Below are positions 44,643 through 57,468 of a stretch of 64,000 bases of DNA, piece after piece (the stretch's first letter is position 1; every line of letters starts with the position of its first letter). The notes under the pieces were generated by a model. It had not been told where the DNA came from and ran no database searches. It was given only the letters and a program-made list of their open reading frames with translations. Both the position numbers and the translations under genes were made by a program. This DNA is from Flectonema sp. DT1601 (lineage: Eukaryota), in contig OZ025783.1 in NCBI GenBank assembly GCA_964019425.1, forward strand, positions 1,054,001 to 1,118,000, read 5' to 3'.

Positions 44643-44675
<33 letters not shown>

Positions 44676-45928
44676 CTTTTTTAAAAAAAAAAGACAGACT
44701 TTTAAAAAAAAAATATGCTTCATAAAGTTGTTAATCACCAAAATCGGTCGATAAAGCAAAAAAAGAAGAAAACCTACGACATTCTCGCAAGGAGAAGAAA
44801 AGAAGACGGGGGAAAAAAAAAAAAAGAAAAGAAAAAAAAAATACACCTGCCGAAAACAGATTAGAACCTGTCTTTAATATTGTAATTATGGTTTTTGAAA
44901 ACGTAACCAGGCAGATTGCGCTCCAATAAAGATTAATAAAGAGCTACGAGATAAGAACACACCACGGCATGTTGATACGGGACAGAGTCCACACCCGTGA
45001 GTAAATATCGACCACATAAAAGGGTCATTGCAAAGAGAAAAACTGATTAAAAATTCGAAAGGAGTCCGAAGCCGAATGAAAAAGAAAAGGAAGAGACTGA
45101 AGTACGCCAAGGTCCGTCCACGGGAGCCTTGACACACAGATCTAAAATGGGTGCAAATAAAAATAAAATAAATTCTCATAACAACCACTCATTATTCCCA
45201 GAATGAAGGAAGTATCATAAGGTGAATCTGCAACTTTGTGTTTTTTTTTTCCCCCTTCGGAGTAAATTTTTTTTTTTTTTATTGCTTCACAAACAAGGAT
45301 ACAATCAGCTCCGAAAGGAGAAACGCGCAAAGAATCCCTTCAGCCATTTGGGAACAAGCAGGAGATTTTCTTGGCTTGAAACAGGTCACAGACTTCGAAG
45401 CCTTGGTTCTTTCATAAATAATAAATTAGCATAGTGTAAAAAAACGTCTTGTGCCTTGTATGAATGCATTTTTACTAATTACAAAAAATATAATTATATT
45501 TCCTTTGCGAACGTTAGATGGTTGCGGTTTTTACCTTTTTTTTTTTTATAAAAAATATATTTAATCACCAGAATAGTAGGGAAGCTCTAGGGGAGAATGA
45601 ATAAAAAGAGAGATTGCCGCAGTGCTAAACATTCTGGAGGCAACAAAAGAAAATAACGGGAAGGGGGAAAAACAGCAACAACAACAGGGAGAATGAAATA
45701 AAAAAATTACGAGGGCACCCAAGGCAGGAAAAGATACGAACACATTGGAAAGCCTTAAGTTTCTTTTTTTTTTTTTTTTTAGGACCAATCAAATATCAAT
45801 TTTCTACGGGTAAATTGATACTTTTTTTTTTTTGGGGAACGGACTGACGATCGCTACAATAAGAATAATATTTATCACAATAAAAGAGCGCTGAAGTTAC
45901 AACAATAAAATCCTTCAACTTCTTTTCT

Positions 45929-45963
<35 letters not shown>

Positions 45964-46396
45964 TGTGATCGTAAGCAACAAAAACAGATACATAGTAAAG
46001 AAGGCCATCAAAGAACAAAACACCTCAAAGGCAACCAAAGGCTACAATATACTTTCAGAAGTACACTTAAAATACAAAAGAAGAAAGTTGATAATCAACC
46101 AATGATGTAATCTATGAAACCACTTAACGTCTTTTAGTTGTTTCAATAGGAATTCATTCTTTACTATAAAAATCATAAAACACGATGAAAAGAAACGGGG
46201 AGGGAATCTCACAAGATTGGATTCTCACACACAAGTCTGTAAGACGTCAGACAGGCTTTTGCCTTGGATGAAAAAAAAGAGGGGAAAAGAAAACTTCTGA
46301 CCGTCAGAAGTGTTAAATGGGGAACTGAGTTAATAAAGAGGAAGGAATACCCTAAGAGATCATTCTACGTTTCAAATTGAAATGAAAAGAGATCTC

Positions 46397-49121
46397 TTAT
46401 GGTTGTCTAAGGTACGACTTACACTTTTCATCACCCATTAATGTCCACTGAGCCTGTCCAATCTTCGCCCACGCAAGAGGACCAGATGCCAAAATCTCCA
46501 TAACCTCAACAGTTGTACCTGGAGAGATTGTTTTTAATAAGTGAGCATCAAGGCTAGGCGACACGTAAACCTGTTATTTTTTTTTTTTTTTCATTTTGAG
46601 ATAACAGAAATCACAACACTGAAGTCAATAAAACTAATAGATAAGAAATCATACCTTGGCCTCTTCATGTCCCTGATAAACAAACGGAGTCGGCTCATCA
46701 AATTTTGTTAGTGAACCAGCCAACTGAGGATCCATCATACCAAGGGGAACTTCAACTGGAGGTAGAGGCGATCCAGCCGGAGGAGGACTCGTCAGCGTCA
46801 TTGATGGAGACGAGTAGCTAATGACTGGCGGAGGTACTTGAAATCCAGGAACAAAAGGTGCAGCATACGCATTTAATTTCTTATTACTGTCCGTCAATGA
46901 TGGTCCAATAGATCTTGCTGCCCCACCCATTGGTGAGCATGAACTGCTTCTAACAACAGGCGGTGGTAATTCCTTTTGTGGAGACTTTGCATACGGGTCG
47001 TACGACACTCTAATTGACGTCTGTTTTGGTTTATTTTAATTCGGTTCGTCACGCATGCGGTTATTAAAGGAAAAGAGAAAAAGTAAATCATATTCATACC
47101 CCGCAGTCTCTTGTTTTCCTAGTCTTGTTCCAGGTGGCTTCCAGTTCAGCGTCAGTCTGGCTGTTGCATGTGACGCAGTCAACGTCACACTGAATGCTGC
47201 CTACCTTTTCACACATTGATTTAAGTCTACGCGTAGCTTCACTGAGACCGTCCCATTTCAGTAACAATGATGCATTTTGTCCAATGGTGTACTCAGGTCC
47301 CCACAATCCAAAGCGGAGAACAATCTTCCTGACAACGTTGTGACCTTCCTTACCAGACCAAACCAGGTTTCTCTCACCTGATGGCTGGGTGGTAACATAA
47401 AAGGTGTTCACACTTCCAGACTGATCAACGATTGTCAATGGCTCGTCAACAGTGCTCATGGTAGGCTGTGGTGGAGGTGGTTGGTGGGGTGGCATCACAT
47501 TCGACATCGGCAGATGGTTAGACGGCATTGACATCATCTGCGGCAACAACTGAGTCTGAGGTAATCCTGGTGCTTGTGGTGAGATTCCGACAACAGGAGG
47601 ATGTGTATTACGAGGAGACATACTGTGAGAGTGTTGGTTGGAATATCCAGAACGCGCTTTTTCCATCAATTTCTGGATCAGCTCCCCCTGCGGAGGAACA
47701 GACAAGCGTGAAGGTGGAGGCTGCGATGCTAGTGGGTTGTCCAACATCGCAGACTGCTGCTTTTCAGATTCCATTTCAAATAAAGGAGGAAGTGCACTAA
47801 TATCTGCATCAGTAGCTGCATGAATTGGTGTACTCTGTTGAGACATCGATTCCAACACTGGCATTGGAGGGATCAATGGCGGTGGTGGCGCTGCTGCCTG
47901 ACTAACTTGAACCTGATTAGCGACTGCCATTTTTTTACGAAGTAACGTTACTTGATTCTGGTGTTGCATAGTATTTAATGTTTGACTAGTAATTGGAGTA
48001 AGACCTGGTCTGATACCTGGCTGTGTGTTGTTAGCCTTATTAACTGCGTCTCTTGTCTTGTGTAATAGAACCTTGCATTCAGCAGGTAAAGTTTCAACAT
48101 GGTGAACTGAAGCAATTTTCGAGTCAAATATAGTTTTCAGAGCCATCGCCTTGTTGGCGGCGTCGATGCTGCAGAATTCGAAATACGCCTCATTTACCTT
48201 CGTCTGACACCACCTTAAAATAGATCCACAACACCTGCTTACTTCAATTAGTACAGCAACATGAATTCGCGGAAATTCCTTATCTAAAGTAAGGTGAATC
48301 ATTCTGTCACTTGGTTTGGTGTATTTTTGGTGCTTTTTACAGCAATCTGCGACAAGGTCGGACACACGAGTGCAATCTTTCAATCTTTTAGCAGAGATCT
48401 CAGTCATTAACATAGTGATAGCTTCGTCTTCAGTAAGAGCTAAAAGACTCTCAACACATTCTAATGTAAGTTTACTATGATGAGGCTTTAACTCACCATG
48501 TTGAATAAGACGATCAATACTGGTTAAGATTGCAGGTGATAATAATTGACGAAGCTGAGTGACGTCTGTTAATTGCTGTTGATGTTCACCAGTTGAGGAT
48601 TCTGACTGAGGCAATTGAGAAGCAGCTCTTTGCTGACTGTCGTGGTACACGACATTAACATTACCAATACCAAGTGAAGATAGTAAGTGAAGCTGACTAT
48701 CATCACGTTTTGATACTTGTGATGGAGGAGGTGACTTAGGTCTAACTGTTAAGGATGGATCGCACTCAATCAGAATAAGAACTCGCTCATGTTTATGAAA
48801 TGCTTTCTTGTATGAAGTAGCAAGACCTTGTCTTTCTTCAGTTTTGATTCCAGCAATTGGTAGAGTGAAAGTAAATGTACCTCCTGCATCATCTCTCACC
48901 CATGATCCGTGAATGCAATGAGGTCCCTCTACTCCGAGTTTCTTAAGTACGGTGTCGTTTAATCTCCAAAATTGTTTGGTTATGCTGTCACCTTCCTTTA
49001 CAGTAATCCCAGTGACTTCGTCACCCTTTCCTCCCATTCGCTTCTTCTGATTCTCATATGCCCACCACTGTCGGTTGGTACCTCTCCCTCCGCTACCACC
49101 ACGGCTGTGGCCTCTTTTCAT
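46397..49121 (-). CDS. Putative RNA-binding protein: hnRNP Q AcD-like + RRM-like + PAM2 + SH3b-like (exons 49121-47100, 47020-46655, 46570-46397)
   Basis: Two phase-0 GTATGA...AACAG introns join three frames. PAM2-like KLNAYAAPFVPG; RNP1-like EAYFEFCS. Confidence 0.8.
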
Positions 49122-49922
49122 AGTCAGCTTTCCTTTGTTGAAATGGCAATTATAATATTGAACACGTTAACTAAATAGTTTTGTCAAATCTATCTCAGCC
49201 TACCAACATCACATTTACTACACCTACAACACATAAAATGATAATACTCGAATAACCAACAGTCTGAAGTCTCTAATTGCTTCTAGAAATATGCTAAATA
49301 CTAACCGAGGGTAGGGGAGTGGGTGACTACAACACGGTAGGGAAATAATGCCTTCAATCTGTAGACTCGTTGACTAACAGCAAGTTATCAGTTAGTAAAT
49401 AAACTCAACGGTAGTAGTCAATAAAAGTGTGTACCGACTTGCGAAATCAGTGCCCGCTATGTCAGATTTCACACATACTATTTCCCTATTTTAAAGAGAT
49501 ATAATTTACCCACAGTACTGTTTCTTTACGTAGTGTTCTTTCACGTTTGTAAAAAAGAAAGAAAAAAGGGGGAATATGAAGGGAAGAAATAACTGTTTAA
49601 AAGATTATTAGTAATTTATGAGACAGTTAAACTAAAACGGTAATGTTAGTAGGGGACGAGGAGAAAGAATGAGGTTACTGGTAGTGTTCTCCCATTAAAC
49701 CCATCTAAAGTATTAATATCTAATTAAATGTTACGGGGTAGGGGAAATCAGTAAAGGAAAAAAGAAAAAGCGAAATGGGATCATGGGGAAAAAAAAATTC
49801 TATACTATGAAATCTAACTTGGAAAATTCGATGAGGCCCCTCATTAATTCGTGTTTTGGAAATTTAAAAATAAATTTTCGATATAAATTCCTCACAGAAC
49901 CTGTCTGATAATTGTAACAATT

Positions 49923-49956
<34 letters not shown>

Positions 49957-50490
49957 AAAAACGTGATTTCCCTTTATAATAAAATGCGTAAAGTACTTCC
50001 CTCAGAAAGTCAATTTCCCGGAGGCACCGCAATCATAACAACGACTAGCGAGAGACCCATAAAGCCTCTCTTCTATTCTCTTTTGAAGAGGAAAGGGGAA
50101 TAATTTGTCTAAGGAAAAATAGGGGAATATGGGAAGCTGTAAGCAGGAAAAGGATAAGGGGACACCCTATAGAAAACGCAAATGCAAGTGAAAACTACAG
50201 CAAAGAGAACTACCGAAACTCGATCAAGCACAAGTAAGTTTGTTGTGCTTGTATGAATTTTAACTTAGAGAGATGAACAACCAGCTAACTAACCAATTGG
50301 GAATGAGAAGTGGGTATCGTAAAAAGCTGCATCTGTACCACAGAAAGTGCGCAGAATCAAATCTGTCGCCAAGTCTCAGAAGTGTTAAAACTACTTCAAA
50401 ACCAATACCAGAAATATTAATACCAGACAACCAGAACTTTAATAAAAGAGATCGTCCCCTTTTAAGGGAGAATACCTTCATTGCTTGTTA

Positions 50491-52062
50491 TTAAAAGTGA
50501 CGAAGACCAGTCCTGCGAGGTGTGCCGGACGAACTTCGAATTTTTCGCAACTCCATTTCAAGTTGTTTTTGTTCCTGAAATCGTTTTTCCTTTTTCTTGG
50601 TTGCGGCAACTCTGAGGTTCCACTGCTCCAGTTTGATAGCTTCCTGTCGTTTCCTTTCCAGAGCGATGGTCTCATCTGGAAAATGTAAAAACATTGTCGA
50701 GCTCTGAGAAGATTGAGTTTGAGAATATTGCCTTGTGGGACTTGGTACCCTGCAATCTATTGTATTGAGGTCAGCAGTATCAGTAGCTTCTTCTCTCATT
50801 GGGGAAGGTGGCTCGTTACTTGCTGAAGCAATTGCAACCTTCTTTCTTGAAAGTGAGCTGACCATAGCTTTTGGTGAATTAGGAAAGAGCGAACCTTCGG
50901 CAATTACTTGTGTGTCGCAGTTCCCTTGTTGGGCATCCGAACTTCTCATTTCAGCCACTAGATTCATTACACTTTCAGTTTCCTGATGAACTGGAGCCGT
51001 AGCTGGTCGTCGTTCCTCAACTGTAAAAGCCTCGTTAATGGGAGCAGTCTTTCGTCCTAGGACGGGTTTTTTCTGCTGCCGTCCGCGTGTTTCCTTCTTC
51101 AGTTGCGCTTCTCTCTGCACGTGTACGCGATGTTTACTGGCAGCATCTTGATCTCTTATATCAGCGAAAGTACGACCTGTTTTCCACGAGGTATAAAATG
51201 CGCCACTGTGCTTCCCGCCTGCTAATGTAGAATCAGGGTTAGGGGGAACCGAACTTGAACGCTGGGCTGTACTACTCGGGGAGCGTTCTCTCCAAGGTCT
51301 GCTACGTGAGGAACCTCTAGTTATTGATTGGCGTTCCGAAGCTACACTCGAAGATCTCGCAAGCGAGTTAGGTTGATGTTCACTTTCGTTTTGTTGTTGT
51401 ATTTTATCCTCCCATCCCGGGGTAAATAATCTGTGTCGTTCTACTCCACAGCTAGCTGATCGCTGTCGCATCCCCCGTCTTGTGTCGTAGTCTCTCAGTA
51501 CCTGGAGGAATGAGTTGGAAAAGCTTGCTCGGGTACCTCGTTTGCTCAGGTGGACTTTGCAAAAATTAAAATCAAGATCATATGTCTGATCTCTGAATAG
51601 TGATTCACCTATTGTTGTGATGATATCTCTGAGGATCTGACGAACTTTTTCTTGGCTCAGGTGAAGCTCTTCAGCCAGAACAGTTGTTGTCAAGACAACT
51701 GTTGGACTTTGTGAAATCATAAAATTAGACTTCTGCAGACCATAACGATCTTCAAATCGAGGATCCAATTTAAACATCGGTCGGGATGTGCCTTTTGCAG
51801 TTCCGTCGTTGTGGAATACACCCGCAGCTGGTCTTGGGTTGTGTTTATTATCATTACCTCTGGTGTACATTAGTTTAAAATAGCACAGTTGATGTCCTCC
51901 AATTGCTATGTGGACACCTCTACCACCACCAACCATTACTTCTAAATAATGACACATAGCATGCCATACTCTCAACACATCAGATTTTCCTACTGCCCCA
52001 CCAACATCAAGAGCGAGGTCCCCGATAGTTCTCGAACCTCTCCTCCCCCACACCCTTTCCAT
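50491..52062 (-). CDS. CCDC81-like protein with two eukaryotic HU-like domains
   Basis: VLRVWHAMCHYLE...GRGVHI and LAEELHLSQEKVRQILRDIITTIGESL...LDFNFCKVHL. Confidence 0.75.
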   Translation of the reverse strand: MERVWGRRGSRTIGDLALDVGGAVGKSDVLRVWHAMCHYLEVMVGGGRGVHIAIGGHQLCYFKLMYTRGNDNKHNPRPAAGVFHNDGTAKGTSRPMFKLDPRFEDRYGLQKSNFMISQSPTVVLTTTVLAEELHLSQEKVRQILRDIITTIGESLFRDQTYDLDFNFCKVHLSKRGTRASFSNSFLQVLRDYDTRRGMRQRSASCGVERHRLFTPGWEDKIQQQNESEHQPNSLARSSSVASERQSITRGSSRSRPWRERSPSSTAQRSSSVPPNPDSTLAGGKHSGAFYTSWKTGRTFADIRDQDAASKHRVHVQREAQLKKETRGRQQKKPVLGRKTAPINEAFTVEERRPATAPVHQETESVMNLVAEMRSSDAQQGNCDTQVIAEGSLFPNSPKAMVSSLSRKKVAIASASNEPPSPMREEATDTADLNTIDCRVPSPTRQYSQTQSSQSSTMFLHFPDETIALERKRQEAIKLEQWNLRVAATKKKEKRFQEQKQLEMELRKIRSSSGTPRRTGLRHF

Positions 52063-52927
52063 TGTTGTGGTAGGACAGTTTACTGAGGAAATATAATTAT
52101 TATTATGGCTCTTTTTTTTTTTGTACCGACATAGTCGGAGAAGAAACTATTCAGATTGAAAACCGATATTTCTTGTGGTTCATGATTTATTTTTCCCCGT
52201 GCGACAGGATTTTGTCTGCGTTCAACGAAATATAAGGTTAATCTGAATGGTTTTTATATATCTGCTTTCATACTTTCTTTGCATCTGCAGAATAAAATTA
52301 ACAACTTAAATCAAGAATGGCAAGTAAACACATCCGTCGGGAACAAATAATCGCGATCGGAAGTCTTTAGTCATTCCGTTGTTGAATAAAGAAGATGATA
52401 GTCATCTCTTGTGATGACTTCAAAAGAAAATACTATTCCCTCGAGTTGCGTGAAAGAATAGTAAAAATAAAAATAAAAAATTGATTCCCTGAATTGGTCC
52501 GAAAGATTTTAAAAAAGAAAACCGAAACATGAGACCGGGATATTACTTTCCTCAATCTCATTCTCAATTTTTTTTTCTTTTTTTTTTCCTCCCCCAGATG
52601 GGATAAACACAAATCGAATTCTACCCAAGTGAGTACCATTCACACATGACTTATTTTAGTGATTGAATGACCTCAAAGGGCGTGGTTGGCTTTGAGCAAC
52701 CGTGAAGGTTAAACTAATAGAAAAGTATTCAAATTATTGTTCTTCTAATGAAGCAAGTGAGCCACGTCGAAGAGTCTACTGGTAACACGTTATCAGATCG
52801 GTTAAGTTAAAGGCGCTGAGCATCATGAAAAGAATCACACTCAGAGAGCCATGTCGAGAAACGGGTTAGTTATGTTTTAAAAAATAAAATAAAAAATTGC
52901 TACCGCAGGTGTAACACGCTAGGTAGT

Positions 52928-53581
52928 CTACAATCCTATGTCCATATCGTACTGTCCTCTCTGAAGCTTTTCTAACTTCGCTTTCGGCAACTTGTCTGCG
53001 TCACTCACTTTGATGCTTTCACGTTCGTATGTTTCCCTGCCAAGACGTCCCTTCTTGTTCTCAGCTTTTTCTGCAGTCTCGCATGCTGTTGGTATGTTTT
53101 ATTATTCATCTTCTTGTATTATTGGTAGATTTAAAAAAAAAAGAAACCACATCATACCATTAGTCATCTCATAACAAAGGAAGTGGTGTAAGTCATCGCG
53201 TCCCACCGCTTTACGGTTTACGAAGATGTCTTCAAGAAGGTCATCGTGATCCTGAAGGTAGGACATGCATCCGATTCTTACTTGAGGTGGTGGGTATGAG
53301 AAATCTTGAAGGTTTTTTACGTCACAGACATCCATCAGTGCTTCCATCATGTAAGCTTGTTGAGATCCTTTCTTTTGATTCTTTGACTTGGTTTCCGCAA
53401 TCTCTAAAACTTTCACTACAGCTTTACATCCCTCACAGTAGTAATTATCAGGACATCCGTATGGTCGATCTGTAACGTCTCCTTGACGGACTTTTCGTTC
53501 TTTCTTTTTCTTTTTCGCGTCAGCGTCTCCCACAAGTATCAAGACAATAAATAACGACAACAGATATCTGGTGGTGGACAT
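52928..53581 (-). CDS. Secreted or ER saposin-like (Canopy-like) protein (exons 53581-53158, 53085-52928)
   Basis: Signal peptide, CEGCKAVV and further spaced cysteines. Splicing the GTATGA...CAACAG intron supplies the last cysteine (LCYEMTNAC). Confidence 0.8.
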
Positions 53582-54303
53582 CTCGAAGATTTGTTTTCAG
53601 ATGTAGTAATAACTGTGAATATAATAATAGTTGCTATTATAAGAAAACAGAACACAAACAATGGATTTTTTTAACTGAAGTACAATTTATTAATTAAAAA
53701 CAATTTGCGTTATAAGACGTTCCCAGACTGGATAAATGGGAAAAAAGGAATTCAACAAACGATGTAAAAATCGTGAGCGGGTTATTAGTTTCACTTGCCT
53801 TTGTCCTTTTTCATTCGGAAACGAAATCTCTAAATGGGTACCTCACATTCTGCCATCGGAATAGTCAACAATATGCTGTTAGCTAATAAGATTTAAAACA
53901 GCGATAACTAAATATACGAAAATCACACAATCGCACCACTAGGCAAGATAGGTGTAGGTGCTGTGCTGTTTAGGGAAAGGGAACAACGTTTTTTCTTTTC
54001 TTTTTTTTTTTATTGCACATACTTTGGGTTCCAAATTTTAAAAGGCACAATAGGGATGCATGACGGGCCAGAAACGGAGTGAACTTACAATACTACTGAC
54101 GTGGGCTCCAAATTTAGAGGGGCCCGAAGTTATGTTGGTAAATTCCTTACCTCTTTCTTTCTTTCTTTTTAGTTTCATTCTATTCTTTTTATTCTTTTTC
54201 GTATTGTAAGATATGTAACATGAGTCTCTTAGAAGTATTTGGTTGGTTAAATATAAACTGTACTTACCCAAATCAGTGTAGACCATTCTACTGTTGACAA
54301 GTA

Positions 54304-55869
54304 TCAGCCGGTTGTAATTCTAAGATCAGTCCAGTCAGGTTGTTCTCCCCAACAACAACTGATTACATTAAAGTACAACTCAGAGTCTTGATCAGGGTAG
54401 AGCATTGTCGATGCAGCCTTCAAGATTTCAAACTGTAACAGACCATGTGATATGATAGACGGTTTGAATGGTTTTAACTCTGGTAGAGCAGGAAGCATAC
54501 CAATCAACTTAATAGGAGATGTTTGAGAACCAGATATTACTGAACGAGTCCAATGTAATAATCGAGTAGTCACACCAGAGTAAAAATCATACGGAGTTGG
54601 TGGATTCTTCTTAGCTAATTCTTCTATTATATAAATTATAGGTGAGAGTTGATGATGAATCTCATTATCGAGTGTGTCTTCCTCACTTGATTGTTCTCCG
54701 ATTGGTTCACCAAATTCATCAAAACTCGAAGTCACAACGAACTGTGTCCCCTGACACTGTTTCTGACGCGATTTAAATACTGTAGCGTGTTGGCAAACAC
54801 AACTCATGGAAATATCTGCTGTACTTTCCGACAGTAGAAGTGAATGAATAGCTACGAGACCCAGTGAGACAGAAGCTTTTTCACAAATCGCTTGCCGACG
54901 TAAAAGTTGCGCAACCCATTCAATCACTTTTCGGACGAGAGCATCGCAAAAACTACTTACCGCCCCTGAAAGACAAACATTGTGAACTATTGCTGCTAAC
55001 ATTAAACTATTACTAGTAGACTCACACGTATTCATAATTAATAATAAAGACTCAGCAATATGTTGACAAACATCATCATACTTACATAATATTGATAAAT
55101 ACACAAGAGATGCTTTATTACCAACATCAGTCTTTGTGATGACGTTAATTAAATTAGTCGTCAATACGTTTCGTGATGACTCCAATCGATCTGGTAACGC
55201 TCCCATCTTAAAATACATTTTCAACGACAACATTATCGACAACAGCGCTCCATTGTTGCAGGACATGTATCGATCTGCTGCTATCTGTACAGCACTTTCA
55301 TCATTTATGTCGTAATTATCAAATAGCAAGAGGAGCAATAAGAGACATAGTCTAAGCTGTGGAGGTCCGTTTTCCTCCTCAAATTCGTTTTCCAGATTGT
55401 AGCTTCCCAAAAGGTATGCTTCGCAGTATTTGACTACCGGTGAAAAGTCAAATCCTGGATCCATCGCTATATTATGAACACTATCAATACTACAATGGCA
55501 AAGAGAGGCCAGTATGCGAAGTGATACCAGACGATTCTCAACAACAAGTTGAGGATTGGTGAAGGTGTCGATCAACGATTGTACAATTATCGTACAATTA
55601 TCATTTCCCATAACCTCATCGAGTGTTGGGAAATAGTTTTCTGCTGCAAGAAGTCCCGGAAGCATCTTTGAGAACAGCAATTGGACTTCATCACTTCCCA
55701 TGTCAGCAGCAAACAGTTTGAACCACCCTTTGAGTTCTTCTCTTTCTGAAGTAGCGAATCCTAACATCTCACCTTCTAAGGCAACGCCATTAAACTCACC
55801 TGTGCGTACGGCATCTCTGAATCGAATTTCGATATCATGCTGCTCCTGTGCTTCTAAGTCGGGCTCCAT
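54304..55869 (-). CDS. Hypothetical helical protein, 521 aa
   Basis: Long ATG ORF on the cluster strand; no recognised motif. Confidence 0.8.
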   Translation of the reverse strand: MEPDLEAQEQHDIEIRFRDAVRTGEFNGVALEGEMLGFATSEREELKGWFKLFAADMGSDEVQLLFSKMLPGLLAAENYFPTLDEVMGNDNCTIIVQSLIDTFTNPQLVVENRLVSLRILASLCHCSIDSVHNIAMDPGFDFSPVVKYCEAYLLGSYNLENEFEEENGPPQLRLCLLLLLLLFDNYDINDESAVQIAADRYMSCNNGALLSIMLSLKMYFKMGALPDRLESSRNVLTTNLINVITKTDVGNKASLVYLSILCKYDDVCQHIAESLLLIMNTCESTSNSLMLAAIVHNVCLSGAVSSFCDALVRKVIEWVAQLLRRQAICEKASVSLGLVAIHSLLLSESTADISMSCVCQHATVFKSRQKQCQGTQFVVTSSFDEFGEPIGEQSSEEDTLDNEIHHQLSPIIYIIEELAKKNPPTPYDFYSGVTTRLLHWTRSVISGSQTSPIKLIGMLPALPELKPFKPSIISHGLLQFEILKAASTMLYPDQDSELYFNVISCCWGEQPDWTDLRITTG

Positions 55870-56504
55870 ATTGTGTAGAGTTCCTTTACATAAAATAATT
55901 GAGAGTGGTGTGTGTGCTTTATATATTCCACATCATCGTTAGTATGTCGTTGGAATGATATTTACTGTTGCTGTTATGAAAGTAGAAATAAGACAATGTC
56001 GTTAACAATAATCACAATGAACTGCCCGAATAAAAACTTAAGTTACTTTTAGAGCGTCTCCTGCTGAAAGCGAAAAAGGCACAGGGTGTGCAAAGTAGAA
56101 GTCAACTGCTACTTCACAATGCACTGAGATAGGGAGAAAGACTAAAAATGAGGAAAAATAAAATATTCAGTTGCATCCCTTGCCTAGAAATGAAGAAGGA
56201 TCTACAACCAGCAGGAGACACGGGATCAAAAGAAAAACCTTTAAAAGACCAAACAAGTGTGCATGAACTAATAGAAGTCAGAGACTACTGAAGCAGTCAG
56301 CTGCTATAATAATATTCATCAGTTCAACTAACCACACTTGATTATTAGTTTGTGTGGCCCCTTTTTGATAACTGTCGGGTTTAGAGCAGGCGGATAGGTT
56401 GGCGGATGTCAATCAGACTCGTTTAATGCGCTCACTCTTACGCGTGTCCAAGACTTACACAGTCCAAGACAGTCCCCTTAAGAAAGGTGGCACTGTCTTG
56501 GAAA

Positions 56505-56682
56505 AAGGACGTTAAGACCTAAGCGACTAGCGCCCCTACTGAAGGGTCGAGATCTCGTTCGTTAACGGAATCAACCAGACAAATCACTCCACCAACCAGG
56601 AGCGGCCATGCACCACCACACAATGGATCGAGAAAGAGCTCTCAATCTGTCAATCCTTTCATTGTCCTGACCTAGTAAAATT
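56505..56682 (-). pseudogene. 18S: Second isolated 18S rRNA fragment (3' major domain into V7; may extend to ~56465)
   Basis: Reverse complement reads GGATTGACAGATTGAGAGCTCTTTCTCGATCCATTGTGTGGTGGTGCATGGCCG...GGTGGAGTGATTTGTCTGGTTGATTCCGTTAACGAACGAGA. Confidence 0.93.
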
Positions 56683-56785
56683 AACTGAACACAAGCAAAC
56701 GACAATGATAAAGTTATAGCCAACTGGAATAATGAACTAACAATGCAATAAACTGCTTTATTACATGCGGCATCCAAAAACAGAA

Positions 56786-56894
56786 AATTAGTTATTAGAG
56801 GGAATCCAACTTAAGGACTCTATGAGGTAGGTCTCTGCTAAATCTAGTGTACTAGAGTGCAAAGTAACTCACAGTAACAAACAATCTGTAGCCG
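56786..56894. repeat. Dispersed hairpin repeat, copy A (divergent)
   Basis: Shares AGTTAT, AATCCAAC, TATGAG, GTAACTCACAGTAACA and TGTAGCC with copies B and C. Confidence 0.6.
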
Positions 56895-57374
56895 CTTCTC
56901 TATGGTAATTTACAATAAATAATACCAACAGCTTTTCACATTGCCTGGTTTTATCAATATTACAGTTCCGTTAAAATAAAATGGAGGGAAAGAACGGTCG
57001 CGAGGTTTTTTCTTTTGAGGAGAGGCCGGGTAAGCTAGAATAAAAAGAGGGCTAAAAAGAAAAAAAACAAAGTGGAATAAGACTTCCGAATATTTCGTTC
57101 GACACAACATCATCAATGTTCGCCTAATACGTTAACTTCGATAACGTCTCCGATTCACATGCACGTCCTAATAACATGCGTGTCGAGAAATAAGATAAAT
57201 GATTTTTTGATATCACAGTTTTGTTTGCCGATAGAAATGAGATAAGATCCCCTCAACCACACCTCTCCATAAAGTAAAACTAAATGGGAGCATAACGGAC
57301 AAGGAGATGATATTCTTTTTGATATTATGGAATACTACTTTCCATGGTTGCCTGACATGCATAAAAGTCAAATA

Positions 57375-57468
57375 TAGTTAGTTTGGTTATTTAATCCAAC
57401 GTTAACTGTATATTATGAGTACTCTAGGGAGGGTAACTCACAGCAACAGAGGACTCAATCTGTAACCG
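57375..57468. repeat. Dispersed hairpin repeat, copy B
   Basis: TAATCCAACGTTAACTGTATATTATGAGT...GGTAACTCACAGCAACAGAGGAC. Confidence 0.8.

Noticed and set aside
52793..52826. ATGATG...CTGA box C/D-like segment
   Set aside because: Imperfect C box, only ~34 nt long, and no convincing rRNA guide.
4093..55942. Plus-strand ORFs overlapping real genes
   Set aside because: Antisense shadows of minus-strand coding regions with no recognisable motifs.
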